Shown: positions 39,133-49,402 of the stretch, one piece after another
How positions within the stretch are numbered: position 1 is the first letter of the stretch
Layout: each line of letters begins with the position of its first letter
Assembly: GCA_963820825.1 (NCBI GenBank)
Contig: CAWGBN010000007.1
Span: 256,001 to 320,000, forward strand
From: Vulcanimicrobiota bacterium
GTDB lineage: Bacteria > Vulcanimicrobiota > Vulcanimicrobiia > Vulcanimicrobiales > Vulcanimicrobiaceae
Direction of reading: 5' to 3'
Length of the DNA stretch: 64,000 nt
The notes under the pieces: model-generated
Database searches by the model: none
What the model saw: the letters and a program-made list of their open reading frames with translations, nothing else
What the model was told of the DNA's origin: nothing
Program-made: the position numbers and the translations under genes

Positions 39133-40203
39133 GTGGAGCGGAGAGTGCGTCGCACCTTCGGCAGCGACAACAACGCGCCGGTTGCGCCCGATATCCTCGA
39201 AGCGATTGCTGCGGCCAACCGCGGCGACGCCGTCGGCTACGGCGAGGATGATTGGACCGCTCGCGCGATTGCCCGTTTCAAGGAGCACTTCGGCGCTCAA
39301 AGCGAGGTCTACCTAACCTTCAACGGCACCGGCGCCAACGTCGCGGCGCTGAGCTCGGTGCTCCGTCCGTGGGAGGCGGTGCTCGCCCCCGCGAGCGCGC
39401 ATCTCCAAACCGACGAATGCGGCGCATTCGAGCGGTTCAGCGGTTCGAAGGTGATCCCGGTTCCGACCGGCGACGGTAAGCTGCGCCCCGCCGACCTCGA
39501 ACCATACCTTCACGGCGTAGGTGACGTCCATTTTCCGCAGGCGCGCGCCGTCTCGATCTCTCAAGCAACGGAGTACGGCGGGGTCTACGAGCTCGACGAG
39601 ATTCGCGAGCTCTGCACCTTCGCGCACGAGCGCAATCTGATCGTCCACGTCGACGGTGCGCGCATCGCCAATGCCGCCGTCGCGCTCGGGACGACGCTGC
39701 GCGGTGCGACCGTCGATCTCGGCGTCGACATCCTCAGCTTCGGGGGCACGAAGAACGGATTGATGCTCGGCGAGGCGATCTGCTTCTTCGATTCGCGCCT
39801 GCACGCCGGGTCCGCGCCCTTCGTCCAAAAGCAGGCGATGCAACTCGGTTCGAAGATGCGCTATCTGGCCGCGCAGTTCGAAGCGCTCCTTACCGAAGAT
39901 CGCTGGGCGCGCTACGCGTCGCATGCCAACGCGATGGCGGCGCGCCTGCACGAACGCGTGGCCTCGATTCCCGGAGTTCGCATAACCCGTCCGGTCCGCT
40001 GCAACGCCGTCTTCGCAACGCTCGACCGCGAGATGATCGAACGGATCCAGCGTGAGTTCTTCTTCTACATCTTCGACGAACGGCTGCCGGAAGTGCGCTG
40101 GATGACGCATTGGGCGACGTCGCCCGAGGACGTCGATGAATTCGCCGGCTGCGTCGCAAGGGCGGCGGGCGGTACGGCAACGAACCTATCAAGCGAGGCC
40201 TAG
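39133..40203 (+). CDS. Low-specificity L-threonine aldolase family (PLP)
   Basis: FGSDN, GTGAN, HVDGARI, SFGGTKNG. Confidence 0.9.
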   Translation: MERRVRRTFGSDNNAPVAPDILEAIAAANRGDAVGYGEDDWTARAIARFKEHFGAQSEVYLTFNGTGANVAALSSVLRPWEAVLAPASAHLQTDECGAFERFSGSKVIPVPTGDGKLRPADLEPYLHGVGDVHFPQARAVSISQATEYGGVYELDEIRELCTFAHERNLIVHVDGARIANAAVALGTTLRGATVDLGVDILSFGGTKNGLMLGEAICFFDSRLHAGSAPFVQKQAMQLGSKMRYLAAQFEALLTEDRWARYASHANAMAARLHERVASIPGVRITRPVRCNAVFATLDREMIERIQREFFFYIFDERLPEVRWMTHWATSPEDVDEFAGCVARAAGGTATNLSSEA

Positions 40204-40244
40204 GACGCCTCATCGCGACTCGTTGGAGCAAAGGAGTTGTAGTT

Positions 40245-40790
40245 ATGAAATCGGTTGTTGCTGAAACCTTGAGCGACGCGCGCAAACACTGGGGCTGGTA
40301 TCTCGTCCTGGGAATCGCGCTGATTGTGATCGGTCTCTACTGTATCTGGGCCGAGGGGATTGCAACGGTGGGTTCGGTCCTCGTGCTCGGGGCGATTCTC
40401 TTCGTCGCCGGCATCTTCCAAATCATCGGCGCGTTTATGACGCGCGGGGCCGGTCATGTAATTTTGATGCTGCTGGTCGGCGCGCTCGACATCATCATCG
40501 GCCTGATGCTGATGGAGCATCCCGCGCTCGGCGCTTTGACGATCACGCTCTTCATCGCGGCGCTCTTGGTATTCGGCGGAATTTTCCGGCTTATCTCCGC
40601 CCTCTGGCTTCAGGTACCTCAATACGGCTGGATCGCACTCAGCGGCGTCGTTAGCATCATCCTGGGCATCTTGCTCTGGACGCAATGGCCGTTCTCTGCC
40701 GCGTGGTTCATCGGGTACGCGGTCGGACTGAGCTTCATCTTCGAAGGGATCGCGTTCTCGTCGCTCGCCCTGCGGCTAAAGGCGGCCTAA
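40245..40790 (+). CDS. HdeD/DUF308 membrane protein
   Basis: SD AAGGAG; WGWYLVLGI; six TMs. Confidence 0.85.
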   Translation: MKSVVAETLSDARKHWGWYLVLGIALIVIGLYCIWAEGIATVGSVLVLGAILFVAGIFQIIGAFMTRGAGHVILMLLVGALDIIIGLMLMEHPALGALTITLFIAALLVFGGIFRLISALWLQVPQYGWIALSGVVSIILGILLWTQWPFSAAWFIGYAVGLSFIFEGIAFSSLALRLKAA

Positions 40791-40794
40791 CGTA

Positions 40795-42039
40795 CTAGGC
40801 GGTCCAGTCGAGCATCGCGTTCCATTCGGGTTTCGGAAAGCGCTGCTTCGACTTGATCGCCTCGACGTACTTGCGTTTACCGGCGCGGTTGCCTTTGCCG
40901 AGCATGAGGCCGCCGACGAGCCGGTCTTCCCAAAAGAAGAGCGCGCGGTACCACTTCTTCTCGCGGTCGACCTTGCGCGCAATCTCGAGATCGGCGCGCA
41001 AGTCGGTTCCGAGCCCGAACTGCGTGATCGTCTGCCCCTTGAAGAGCAGCGACGAGTATTCGGGGACGTCGTGGTAGCTCTCGCTCCCGCCCATCATGTT
41101 GAGTGCAACGACCTTGCCGTGCGCTCCGGCGTTGTTCCACGTTCCCATCCGGTAGCGGATCTCCAAGATTGGATCGTAGAAGTCTGCGACGTCGCCGGCC
41201 GCAAAGATTCCCCTGACGTTCGTCTCGAGGTGATCGTCGCAGAGGATGCCGTTCTTGCTCGTCGCGATCTCGGTACCGTCGCAGAGCTCGGTATTCATCG
41301 TTAAGCCGAAGCCGTACGCGTAGCACTCGGCCGCGATCTCCCCGGCATTGGTGCGCACCTTCGTGATCGCCCCGTTCGAACGGACGAACTCCTCGACTTC
41401 CTCACCGTAGTGCATGTGCACGCCGTCGGCCGCCGCGGCTTCGTGAAGCAGGGCGCCGGCCTCTTCGTCGATGATCCGGTGCAGGCCGCGCGGCCCGCGC
41501 ATCAGCCAGTGCGTCTCGAGCCCGCGTGAGGCGAAGGCTTCGGCGAGCTCGTACGCGATGAAAGATCCGCCGATTGCCACGCCGGCCTTGCTGCGATCGA
41601 TCTGCTCCGAGATCGCCCGCGTATCGTCGAGGTATTGAAAGGCGAAGAGGTTTGCCGCCCCCTCGGAACCGGGCTTGCCGGTCGGATTCGGCCGTCCGCC
41701 GGTTGCGATGAGCAGCGCGTCGTACGGATACGATATGCCGCCGGCTTCGACGACTCGCTCCTGCGGAACGATCCGGTCGACGCGCGTACTTAAATGGAGC
41801 GCGATGCGATGCTCTTCGTGCCACGCGAGGTTGCGAATCATCACCTTCGCTTCGGGGATCTGTTTTCGCAGCATCGGCGGCAGCGAGATCCGGTTGTAGA
41901 GCGTGTACGGTTCGTCGCCGAAGAGCGTGATCTCGCAGGCCGGGTCGTGCTTTCGCAACTGCTCGGCGGCGGTGGTTCCGGCGAAGCCGTTGCCGACGAT
42001 GACGTAACGGCGGACGTCCGTGCTCATCGCTCTATCCAT
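40795..42039 (-). CDS. NAD(P)/FAD-dependent oxidoreductase (ferredoxin reductase-like)
   Basis: VGNGFAG, LIATGG, IGGSFIAYELA, FAAGDVA. Confidence 0.85.
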   Translation of the reverse strand: MDRAMSTDVRRYVIVGNGFAGTTAAEQLRKHDPACEITLFGDEPYTLYNRISLPPMLRKQIPEAKVMIRNLAWHEEHRIALHLSTRVDRIVPQERVVEAGGISYPYDALLIATGGRPNPTGKPGSEGAANLFAFQYLDDTRAISEQIDRSKAGVAIGGSFIAYELAEAFASRGLETHWLMRGPRGLHRIIDEEAGALLHEAAAADGVHMHYGEEVEEFVRSNGAITKVRTNAGEIAAECYAYGFGLTMNTELCDGTEIATSKNGILCDDHLETNVRGIFAAGDVADFYDPILEIRYRMGTWNNAGAHGKVVALNMMGGSESYHDVPEYSSLLFKGQTITQFGLGTDLRADLEIARKVDREKKWYRALFFWEDRLVGGLMLGKGNRAGKRKYVEAIKSKQRFPKPEWNAMLDWTA

Positions 42040-43192
42040 GGAGCCCCAAGCCGACCATCATCTCAAATCCGATCTCGAGCGCTCGCTCGTCGACGTCGAA
42101 GTGCGCGCTGTGGTGCGGCTCGCGCGCGTTCGGTCCGCGCGCGCCGAGCAAAAAATAGGCGCCCGCGCGCCGCTGCTGCATGAACGACATATCCTCCGAC
42201 CACGTTACCAGCGGATGCGGATCGACGATCTTCTCGGCTCCCACGACGCGGCGCGCAACTTCACGCACGACGTCGTTCATCGCCGGATCGTTCACCGTCG
42301 GCGGATAGACCCAATGATACTCGAACTTGCCCTCAAGACGCATCGCGGCGCAGAGTCCCTCGAGCAGACGCTCGATGCGTTCGGGAAGCGCCTTGCGAAC
42401 CTCGTCGTCGAACGCGCGGACCGTTCCTTGAAGCGTCGCGCGTTCTGGGATGACGTTAAAGGTCGTCCCGGCGTGGAGCGAGCCAACGGTCACTACGACG
42501 GGCTGCGCCGGCGCGACTTCGCGGCTCACAATAGTTTGAAGAAGCGAGATCAGCTCGGCGGCGCCGACGATCGGGTCGACCGCCTTCTCGGGCATCGCCC
42601 CGTGACCGCCCTGACCGACCAACTCGATGTCGAAGCGATCGGAGGACGAGAAGAACGGGCCGTCGCGTATCCCGATCTTCCCCGCTTCGAGTCCGCTGTA
42701 AAGGTGCAGTGCGAACGTGCGGTCGACGTGCGGATTCTCGAGCGCGCCGTCGTCGATCATCAGCTTGTTTCCGGAGTGGCCTTCTTCGCCCGGCTGAAAG
42801 CAGAAGACGAGCGTTCCCTGCACGTCGCTCTTGCGGGCGTGGAGCTCGCGCGCCGCAGCGAGCAGAATCGCCATGTGCCCATCGTGTCCGCACGCATGCA
42901 TGACGCCCGCTTGGGTCGAGCGATACGGCGCCTCGCTCTCCTCCTGAACCGGCAGCGCGTCCATATCGGCGCGCAGCAGCGTGACCGGACCCGGCTTGCC
43001 GCCGCGCAGCGTCGCCAAGATGCCAGTCCCTCCAATTCCGGTGCGAATCTCGTCGAATCCAAACGAACGCAGCTCGCGCTCGATGAACGCGGCGGTCTCG
43101 TGCTCGACGAGCGAGAGCTCCGGATGCGCGTGGAAATGGCGGCGATAGCGAATGAGCGCCTCAGCGAGAGTCTCGACGTTATTTATTGCCAA
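42032..43192 (-). CDS. M20 family amidohydrolase
   Basis: HAHPELS, RADMDALP, MHACGHDGH, FQPGEEG, GGHGA. Confidence 0.92.
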   Translation of the reverse strand: MAINNVETLAEALIRYRRHFHAHPELSLVEHETAAFIERELRSFGFDEIRTGIGGTGILATLRGGKPGPVTLLRADMDALPVQEESEAPYRSTQAGVMHACGHDGHMAILLAAARELHARKSDVQGTLVFCFQPGEEGHSGNKLMIDDGALENPHVDRTFALHLYSGLEAGKIGIRDGPFFSSSDRFDIELVGQGGHGAMPEKAVDPIVGAAELISLLQTIVSREVAPAQPVVVTVGSLHAGTTFNVIPERATLQGTVRAFDDEVRKALPERIERLLEGLCAAMRLEGKFEYHWVYPPTVNDPAMNDVVREVARRVVGAEKIVDPHPLVTWSEDMSFMQQRRAGAYFLLGARGPNAREPHHSAHFDVDERALEIGFEMMVGLGLHG

Positions 43193-43231
43193 AGTCTATC
43201 CTTCCGTCTGCGGGGACGAGCGGTTCGGCGA

Positions 43232-43975
43232 TCACGGATCGTAATCCATGCGCATGTCGATCTCGCCGACAACCGGCGTGCAGAGGAACTGCGCCGCCAC
43301 GTACTGATGACCCTGAACGCTTCCGAGCGCTGCGGCATCGACGCCCTCGACGCCGCTGGAGGTGAGCAGCTTCTCGCCGACGGCGTGACCGTTCGAATCG
43401 ATGAAGACGCGAAACTCCGTCGACAACGGGCGGTTACCGAAATGACCGATTAAGCCTCCGTCGTCGCTGCCGCCCGCGGGCGGGCGATACATCTTCCCGC
43501 ATGCGAGCTTGCCGAGCGATTGCAGATGCTTTGCTGCAATGGCGCTCACGTCGGCGGGCGCGCCGTCGATCGGATCGCCGATTGGAAAGACGTAAGACGG
43601 ACATCCAACGCTGGCGCCGCGGTCGACGGCAAATGAATCGACGAAGAAATACTTGATCGTATCGGGAGCCGGCAGCGTGACGGCTACCGGATCCATCCCT
43701 CGGTCGGTAATGGGTCCGGAGAGATTCGCATCCGGCAGCGCCACGTCGTAGGCATCGCTGTTGCTGATCAGCGTCACGTGCGCGGCGAGCGTCGTTCCCT
43801 GTTCGGCGAAGATTGCGACCCCGTACCGGCCGGTACTGCCGAGCGGGGCGACGGCGGCGATGACGCCGCAGAACGGGTTCGAATACTTCCAGTCGGCGGC
43901 CGGCGCGTCGGCGGCTCGTGCCGGTATGCACGAGTACAGTAGCGCCACGAGAAGCGCCGCGGCCCTTAGCTGCAT
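43232..43975 (-). CDS. Secreted hypothetical protein with TonB C-terminal-like domain
   Basis: Signal peptide; VFIDSNG...LLTSSG...VDAAAL. Confidence 0.55.
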   Translation of the reverse strand: MQLRAAALLVALLYSCIPARAADAPAADWKYSNPFCGVIAAVAPLGSTGRYGVAIFAEQGTTLAAHVTLISNSDAYDVALPDANLSGPITDRGMDPVAVTLPAPDTIKYFFVDSFAVDRGASVGCPSYVFPIGDPIDGAPADVSAIAAKHLQSLGKLACGKMYRPPAGGSDDGGLIGHFGNRPLSTEFRVFIDSNGHAVGEKLLTSSGVEGVDAAALGSVQGHQYVAAQFLCTPVVGEIDMRMDYDP

Positions 43976-44052
43976 GGCGCCGTCTTTTTGGCTATGCCCG
44001 CTCGCTACCTTCGCCGCAGGATTCGGCACGGGCGGCGAGCGAGTACGCGTCG

Positions 44053-45078
44053 GTGACCGCTCGCAAGACGACCGCACCGGCCCCGCAGCGCCATGGTTTA
44101 ACCGACGAACGGCTCATCGCCATCTTCCGAACGATGGTGATGCAGCGTACCCTCGAGAACCGCGGCTTCCAGCTGAACCGCCAAGGAAAAATTCCCTTTG
44201 CCTCGGCGAGCGAAGGGCACGAGGGGGTCCAGGCCGGCGCCGCGATGGCGTTCGAACGCGGAAAGGACATCCTCGTTCCGTACTATCGCGACCTTGGACT
44301 CGCTCTGGGCATCGGCCTGACGCCCTTCGAGGTGCTCCTCTCGCTCTTCGCACGAGCCGCCGATCATTCGGCCGGGCGACAGTTTCCGCACCACTACGCG
44401 AGCCGGCGCCTAGGTCTGCACTCGATCAGCTCGGTCATCGCGGCGCAGCTTCCGCATGCGGTCGGGGCCGCGTACGCGCTAAAATACCGCAACGAAGGCG
44501 GTCGAGCCGTACTGACGACCTTCGGTGATGGCGCCACCAGCGAAGGCGAGTGGCACGAATCGCTCAATTTTGCCGCCGTGCACGCGCTGCCGGTAGTCTT
44601 TCTCTGCGAGAACAACGAATGGGCTATCTCGACGCCGCTCGCCAAACAGATGGCGCAACCCGACGTCCATAAGCGTGCGGCCGGGTACGGCATGCCCGGG
44701 ACGGTCGTGGACGGGATGGATCCGATCGCGTGTTACGTCTCGGTCGGCGAGGCGCTCGCTCGCGCGCGGTCGGGTGGCGGTCCGACCTTGGTCGAAGCGA
44801 AGTGCTATCGCTTTCTCTCGCACACGACCGACGACGACGACCGCACGTACCGTTCGCGCGACGAGGTCGAAGCCCGGCGCAAGAACGATCCCATCCCTTG
44901 CTTCGAGCGCTTCCTGGTCGAGCACGCGGTCTTGACCGTCGAGGGCGTAGAAGCGTTGAAGCGTTCCGTCCTCGAAGAGGCCAACGATGCCACCGACCGG
45001 GCAGAGGGGATGGCCTATCCCGCGGCGGCAGATCTCTACGAGCGGGTCTATGCGGAGCGCTGGGACCCGTGGCTTTGA
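44053..45078 (+). CDS. 2-oxoacid (branched-chain/pyruvate) dehydrogenase E1 alpha, copy 1
   Basis: GHEG, PYYRD, GDGATSEG...ENN TPP motif, SHTTDDD. Confidence 0.92.
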   Translation: MTARKTTAPAPQRHGLTDERLIAIFRTMVMQRTLENRGFQLNRQGKIPFASASEGHEGVQAGAAMAFERGKDILVPYYRDLGLALGIGLTPFEVLLSLFARAADHSAGRQFPHHYASRRLGLHSISSVIAAQLPHAVGAAYALKYRNEGGRAVLTTFGDGATSEGEWHESLNFAAVHALPVVFLCENNEWAISTPLAKQMAQPDVHKRAAGYGMPGTVVDGMDPIACYVSVGEALARARSGGGPTLVEAKCYRFLSHTTDDDDRTYRSRDEVEARRKNDPIPCFERFLVEHAVLTVEGVEALKRSVLEEANDATDRAEGMAYPAAADLYERVYAERWDPWL

Positions 45079-45098
45079 TGAACGAGACGGAATGAACG

Positions 45099-46127
45099 AT
45101 GGCTAGTACCGACACTGCAACCGGAACGCTGGAGCGCCACGGCCTGAGCAACGAGCAGTTGCGCGCGATCTTCCGCAATATGCTGCTCCAGCGTCAGCTC
45201 GACAACCGCGGCTTTCAACTGAATCGTCAAGGCAAGGTGCCGTTCGCGCTCGGCAGCGAGGGTCACGAAGCGCTGCAGGCCGGCGCCGCGATGGCATTCA
45301 ATCGCGGGAGCGATATTCTCGCGCCCTACTATCGCGATCTCGGCCTCTGCCTGGGAATCGGTCTCTCTCCATACGAGATCATGCTCTCGATCTTCGCGCG
45401 CGCCGCCGACCACAACGGCGGGCGCCAATTCCCGAACCACTACTCGTCGAAGGCGGCGGGGCTGATGTCCTTCTCGTCGATTCTCGCGGCGCATCTCCCG
45501 CACGCGGTCGGCGCCGCTTATGCGATCAAGTATCGGGGCGAGACGGGACGCGCCGTGCTCGCAACTTGCGGCGACGGAACGACGAGCGAAGGCGAGTGGC
45601 ACGAGTCGATGAACTTTGCCGCCGTTCACAAGCTGCCGTTCGTAATGCTCGTCGAGAACAACGAATGGGCGATCTCGACGCCGCTCGCCAAGCAGATGGC
45701 CGAGCCGCAGATCTGGAAACGGGCGGCCGGATACGGCATGCCGGGGGCGCGGTTCAACGGATTCGATCCGACCGAGACGTACGCGGCGGTCAAAGCGGCG
45801 ATGGACCGCGCCCGCAACGGCGGCGGCCCGACGCTCGTCGAGGGCACGTGCTATCGGTATCTCGCGCACTCGACCGACGACAACGATATGACCTATCGCA
45901 CGCGCGAAGCGGTGATGGAACGGCGCAAGCAAGATCCGGTGCCTGCATTCGAGGCGGTGCTGATCGAGCACGGCGTTCTGAGCGCGCAGGACGTCGCCGA
46001 GATGCGTAAATCGGTCTTGAACGAGACGAACGAAGCGACCGACGCCGCCGAGGCGCAGCCCTATCCGCGGGCTTCCGATCTCTACACACACCTCTACGAA
46101 GGAGCGTGGCAGCCGTGGCAGTCGTAA
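45099..46127 (+). CDS. 2-oxoacid dehydrogenase E1 alpha, copy 2
   Basis: GHEA, PYYRD, GDGTTSEG...ENN, AHSTDDND. Confidence 0.93.
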   Translation: MASTDTATGTLERHGLSNEQLRAIFRNMLLQRQLDNRGFQLNRQGKVPFALGSEGHEALQAGAAMAFNRGSDILAPYYRDLGLCLGIGLSPYEIMLSIFARAADHNGGRQFPNHYSSKAAGLMSFSSILAAHLPHAVGAAYAIKYRGETGRAVLATCGDGTTSEGEWHESMNFAAVHKLPFVMLVENNEWAISTPLAKQMAEPQIWKRAAGYGMPGARFNGFDPTETYAAVKAAMDRARNGGGPTLVEGTCYRYLAHSTDDNDMTYRTREAVMERRKQDPVPAFEAVLIEHGVLSAQDVAEMRKSVLNETNEATDAAEAQPYPRASDLYTHLYEGAWQPWQS

Positions 46128-47119
46128 GCGCTAACTCCACCGTGATGAATAACGTCGAGGCGGTCCGCGCCACGCTCTACGAGGCGCTGAAGACCGACGA
46201 CCGCACGGTGATCATCGGTGAAGACGTCGGCGCGCGCGGCAACGTCTTCCTCATCACCAAGGATTTCGTCAACGAGTTCGGCGAGCGCCGGGTCATCGAC
46301 ACGCCGATCGCCGAGGCCTCGATCGTCGGCATCGCCGTCGGCATGGCGATGGAGGGTCTGCGTCCGATCGCCGAGATCCAGTTCGCAGACTTCATCTATC
46401 CGTCGTTCAACCAGATCGTCGGCGAAGCGGCGAAGATCCGTTACCGCTCCAACGGCGAGTACACGTGTCCGATGGTAATCCGAACGCCCTACGGCGGCGG
46501 CGTCCGCGGCGCGCTCTCGCACTCGGTCTCAGTCGAAGCGCTCTTCTATCACGTGCCGGGGCTCAAGATCGTCGCGCCGGCCTTCCCGGCCGACGTCAAG
46601 GGCCTGCTGAACACCGCGATCGACGATCCCGATCCCGTCCTCTTCCTGGAGCACAAGAAGACCTATCGCCTCATCAAAGGCGAAGTACCCAACGGACACT
46701 ATACGATTCCGCTCGGCAAAGCCAACGTGTTACAGGAAGGTAACCAGCTCACCGTCGTTTCGTACGGTCTCTACGTCCATTGGGCGCTCGAAGCGGCAAA
46801 GCAGCTCCAGCAGGATGGTCTCTCGGTCGAAGTGATCGATCTGCGTTCGATTCGTCCGATGGACAAGACGACGATTCTCGAGAGCGTTCGAAAGACGCGC
46901 AAGCTGCTCATCATTCACGAGGATAATAAGTTCGGCGGAATCGGTGCCGAGATCAGCGCGATGGTCGCCGAGGAGGCGCTCTTCCATCTCGACGCCCCGA
47001 TTCGTCGTCTCTGCGGTCCCGACGTTCCCGCGATGGGGTACGCGATGCCGCTCGAGGAAGAGTTTATGTCGACGCCGGCCGAGATGGCCGACGCGATGCG
47101 AGAGATGGTGAAGTTCTAA
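46115..47119 (+). CDS. 2-oxoacid dehydrogenase E1 beta
   Basis: GEDVG, DTPIAE, EIQFADF, FLEHK, EVIDLRS. Confidence 0.95.
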   Translation: MAVVSANSTVMNNVEAVRATLYEALKTDDRTVIIGEDVGARGNVFLITKDFVNEFGERRVIDTPIAEASIVGIAVGMAMEGLRPIAEIQFADFIYPSFNQIVGEAAKIRYRSNGEYTCPMVIRTPYGGGVRGALSHSVSVEALFYHVPGLKIVAPAFPADVKGLLNTAIDDPDPVLFLEHKKTYRLIKGEVPNGHYTIPLGKANVLQEGNQLTVVSYGLYVHWALEAAKQLQQDGLSVEVIDLRSIRPMDKTTILESVRKTRKLLIIHEDNKFGGIGAEISAMVAEEALFHLDAPIRRLCGPDVPAMGYAMPLEEEFMSTPAEMADAMREMVKF

Positions 47120-48429
47120 TGGCGACTACGATCACGATGCCGCAGCTCGGCGAGACGGTTACCGAAGGTACCGTCGCGCAGTGGCTCAAGAAGGTCGGCG
47201 ACTCCGTCGACAAATACGAAGATTTCGTCGAAGTGTCGACCGACAAGGTCAACGCGGGCGTACCCTCTCCCGTCACCGGAACGATTCGCGAGTTGCTCGT
47301 CAAAGAGGGCGAAACCGTCGCGACCGGAACGCCGATTGCCGTCATCGACGAAGTCGGTGCGGCGGCCGCACCTCCCGCGCCGGCGCAGGCCGCGCCGCGC
47401 GCAGAAGCGGTGCAGTCCCCGTCGGGCAACGGCGCGACGCCGACCGCAGCCGACACGGCCGAAGCTGAGAACGCGGCGCGCGGCGCGTCGCCGGCGGTTC
47501 GGCGCCTCGCTCGCGAGCATCACGTGGACATCCGGACGATCAAAGGAAGCGGTGCAAACGGGCGCGTTACCGCCGAAGATATTCTCATGGCGGCGCGCAA
47601 TGTCGTCGCGGCCGTCGCACCGCCGGCTCCGCCGTCGCACGCCGCGCCGCCGCCGGCCGCACCTCCGACCGGTCTCCCGAGCGACGCGCGAACGTCAACG
47701 TACGCGCAGCCGGTTCCCGGCACCATGGTTTCGCTCTCGCAGGCTCGCCGCATCATCGCCGAACGGATGGTCGAGAGCAAGCATACCGCGCCGCACGCGT
47801 GGTCCATGGTCGAAGTCGACGTCACCGACGTCTGGCAGTGGCGCGTACGCGAGAAAGACCGGTTCGAGCGCGAGACCGGCTATCGCCTGACGCTGCTCCC
47901 CTTCTTCATCCGCGCCGTCGTACAGGCGCTCGCCGCGTTTCCGTTAATGAACGCGAAGTTCGTCGCCGCGAGCGGTTCGACGCAAGCCGGTATTTACGTC
48001 AACCCCGAGGTCAACGTCGGCATCGCGATCGGCCTGCCGACAAATCTCGTCGTACCGGTCATCCGCCACGCCGATAAGCTCTCGATCAAGGGCCTCGCGG
48101 TCGCGGCCGGTGAATTGATCGAGAAGGCTCGCAAGGGCAAGCTCGGGGTCGACGATCTCGCGGGCGGAACGTTTACCGTCAACAACAACGGCGCAAACGG
48201 TTCCTGGGCTTCGGCGCCGATCATTAACGGCGGACAGGCCGGGATCGTCACGATGGAAGCGATCGTGAAGAAGTTGGTCGTGAGACACGACGACACGATC
48301 GCTATCCGGCAGATGATGAACTGCTGCCTCTCGCTCGACCATCGCGTCGTCGATGGATACGTCGCGAGCGGCTTCCTCGCGGCGCTCAAACAGCATCTCG
48401 AATCGATGGGACCGCAAGGAGAACTCTAA
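47119..48429 (+). CDS. Dihydrolipoamide acyltransferase E2
   Basis: Lipoyl domain STDKV, SPAVRRLA binding domain, DHRVVDG. Confidence 0.95.
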   Translation: MATTITMPQLGETVTEGTVAQWLKKVGDSVDKYEDFVEVSTDKVNAGVPSPVTGTIRELLVKEGETVATGTPIAVIDEVGAAAAPPAPAQAAPRAEAVQSPSGNGATPTAADTAEAENAARGASPAVRRLAREHHVDIRTIKGSGANGRVTAEDILMAARNVVAAVAPPAPPSHAAPPPAAPPTGLPSDARTSTYAQPVPGTMVSLSQARRIIAERMVESKHTAPHAWSMVEVDVTDVWQWRVREKDRFERETGYRLTLLPFFIRAVVQALAAFPLMNAKFVAASGSTQAGIYVNPEVNVGIAIGLPTNLVVPVIRHADKLSIKGLAVAAGELIEKARKGKLGVDDLAGGTFTVNNNGANGSWASAPIINGGQAGIVTMEAIVKKLVVRHDDTIAIRQMMNCCLSLDHRVVDGYVASGFLAALKQHLESMGPQGEL

Positions 48430-48798
48430 GCGCAGATCCGCAAACGCTTCCGCTTCGAGGCCGCGCATACGCTCCCGCACCATCCCGGGAAGTGTGCGCG
48501 GATGCACGGACATTCCTATCGCCTCGAGGTCGCCGTCACGGGCCCGCTCAAAACGCGCGGACCGGCGCGCGGCATGGTCGAGGATTTCGATCGTATCGAA
48601 CGCGCGGTCAACGAGCGCGTCGTCGACCTGCTCGACCACCAGTACCTCAACGACTTCATCGACAACCCGACGGTCGAAAATATCGTGCTCTGGATTTGGA
48701 AGCACCTCGAAACCGCCGTCCCTCGTCTGGACGAAGTCGTTCTCTGGGAGACCGCGACCGCGTGCGCCGTCCTCCGCCGTGCCGACGCCGCCCGCTAG
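48430..48798 (+). CDS. queD: 6-carboxytetrahydropterin synthase
   Basis: QIRKRFRFEAAH...CARMHGHSY, GMVEDF, LDH, NPTVEN, WET; GCG occupies the expected start position. Confidence 0.9.
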   Translation, partial: AQIRKRFRFEAAHTLPHHPGKCARMHGHSYRLEVAVTGPLKTRGPARGMVEDFDRIERAVNERVVDLLDHQYLNDFIDNPTVENIVLWIWKHLETAVPRLDEVVLWETATACAVLRRADAAR

Positions 48799-48830
48799 CG
48801 TGGCCACTCCTCGGCGTAATTGAAATTGTG

Positions 48831-49402
48831 TTGCAACTCAGCGAGATCTTCTACAGCATTCAGGGGAGGGCACGTGGGCCGGGACGCCGGCGGTATTCGT
48901 CCGTCTGGCCGGCTGTAACCTCGCCTGCGATTTCTGCGATACCGACTACTCGACGAAGTTCTTTTCAAGCGTTGAGGAGATCGTGGCGATGGTTCGCGCC
49001 GCCGGTGCCGATTGCCCGATGGTCGTGCTGACCGGCGGCGAACCGCTCGCACAGGCGCAGACGCTGGAGTTGATCGACGCCCTGCGCCGCGACGGCCGGC
49101 GCGTGCACGTCGAGTCGAACGGGACGATCTTCACCGAGCTGCCGCGCGACGTCTGGCTCTGCGTCTCGCCGAAGGAACGCGTCGATCCGCGCATGGCCGC
49201 GCGGGCCGACGAAGCGAAGCTCATCGTGGACGCGCGCGTTCCCGAAGAGCATCTCGCGCTCTTCGGCGAGCAGCCGACGATCCTGTTGCAACCCGAAGGG
49301 AACAAGCCGGCGAACGTAACGCTCGCCCTCGATTACGCGAAAGCGCACCCGAAACGCTTTCGCCTCTCGCTGCAGACGCATAAGTTCATCGGCGTGCCGT
49401 GA
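48831..49402 (+). CDS. queE: 7-carboxy-7-deazaguanine synthase (radical SAM), apparent -1 G frameshift at 48863-48866
   Basis: EIFYSIQG|EG...FVRLAGCNLACDFCDTDY, TGGEP, ESNG, SPK, SLQTHK. Confidence 0.88.

Noticed and set aside
42020..43453. Long antisense or alternate-frame ORFs (e.g. 42020..43453 +, 36724..38010 +, 26084..27424 -, 53984..55201 -)
   Set aside because: Shadows of well-supported genes, expected in high-GC DNA; no recognisable motifs
47119..48798. E2 and QueD are in the same frame separated by one TAA (read-through fusion?)
   Set aside because: An SD sits at normal spacing before the QueD start position, TAA read-through is unlikely, and there is no functional rationale
48430..49402. 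queD/queE as a 7-deazaguanine DNA-modification (dpd) island
   Set aside because: No dpdA/tgt paralog, helicase or mobile context; ordinary queuosine precursor genes
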